From a virus (Duplodnaviria > Caudoviricetes): a stretch of 26,579 nt of DNA. The DNA lies in the IMG/VR virus record IMGVR_UViG_3300027711_000016, positions 1-26,579 of that record; one strand, written 5' to 3'. Shown piece after piece: positions 26,520 to 26,579 of the stretch (position 1 is the first letter of the stretch; each line of letters begins with the position of its first letter). The notes beneath the pieces are model-generated. The model saw nothing but the letters and a program-made list of their open reading frames with translations, had not been told where the DNA came from and ran no database searches. The position numbers and the translations under genes were made by a program.

Positions 26520-26579
26520 CCGGCGCGCAAAACTCCGGGTTGGGAATCGTGAGTGGACCGAGCTGCGGTTGGTGCTAGT
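26509..26579 (+). CDS. Probable baseplate hub protein, 5' fragment (MQFNRRAKLRVGNREWTELRLVL...)
   Basis: GAGG RBS, overlaps the upstream gene's stop; function assigned from synteny only. Confidence 0.55.
   Translation, partial: MQFNRRAKLRVGNREWTELRLVL

Overview
A 26.6 kb high-GC segment of a tailed phage or prophage (Caudoviricetes, contractile tail inferred from a DUF3383-type sheath). The left 10.8 kb (minus strand) holds small early genes and a replication/recombination module: Prim-Pol/PriCT-2 primase-helicase, AAA_24/Sak4-like ATPase, DUF669-like SSB, Xis-like HTH, YqaJ exonuclease, SF2 helicase and VRR-NUC nuclease. An AT-rich ~90 bp inverted repeat around a (TA)n core (9060-9451) is a likely origin. 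Back-to-back promoters at ~10.8 kb open a plus-strand morphogenesis region running from terS/terL and portal through capsid, neck, sheath, tube, a -1 frameshifted chaperone, tape measure and baseplate. The most notable observation is a 66-aa CsrA/RsmA-like gene inside the head operon, together with CANGGA-type motifs over many phage ribosome-binding sites, including loop-presented sites at both late-promoter leaders. This suggests a phage-encoded translational control circuit. Also notable are a stand-alone copy of the primase C-terminal winged helix, two homologous early cassettes sharing a 17-bp palindromic operator, antisense-oriented terminators, and a tail-terminator/fibre fusion. All family calls come from motif recognition by eye; no database search was run. 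No integrase, lysis genes, tRNA or CRISPR array was seen.
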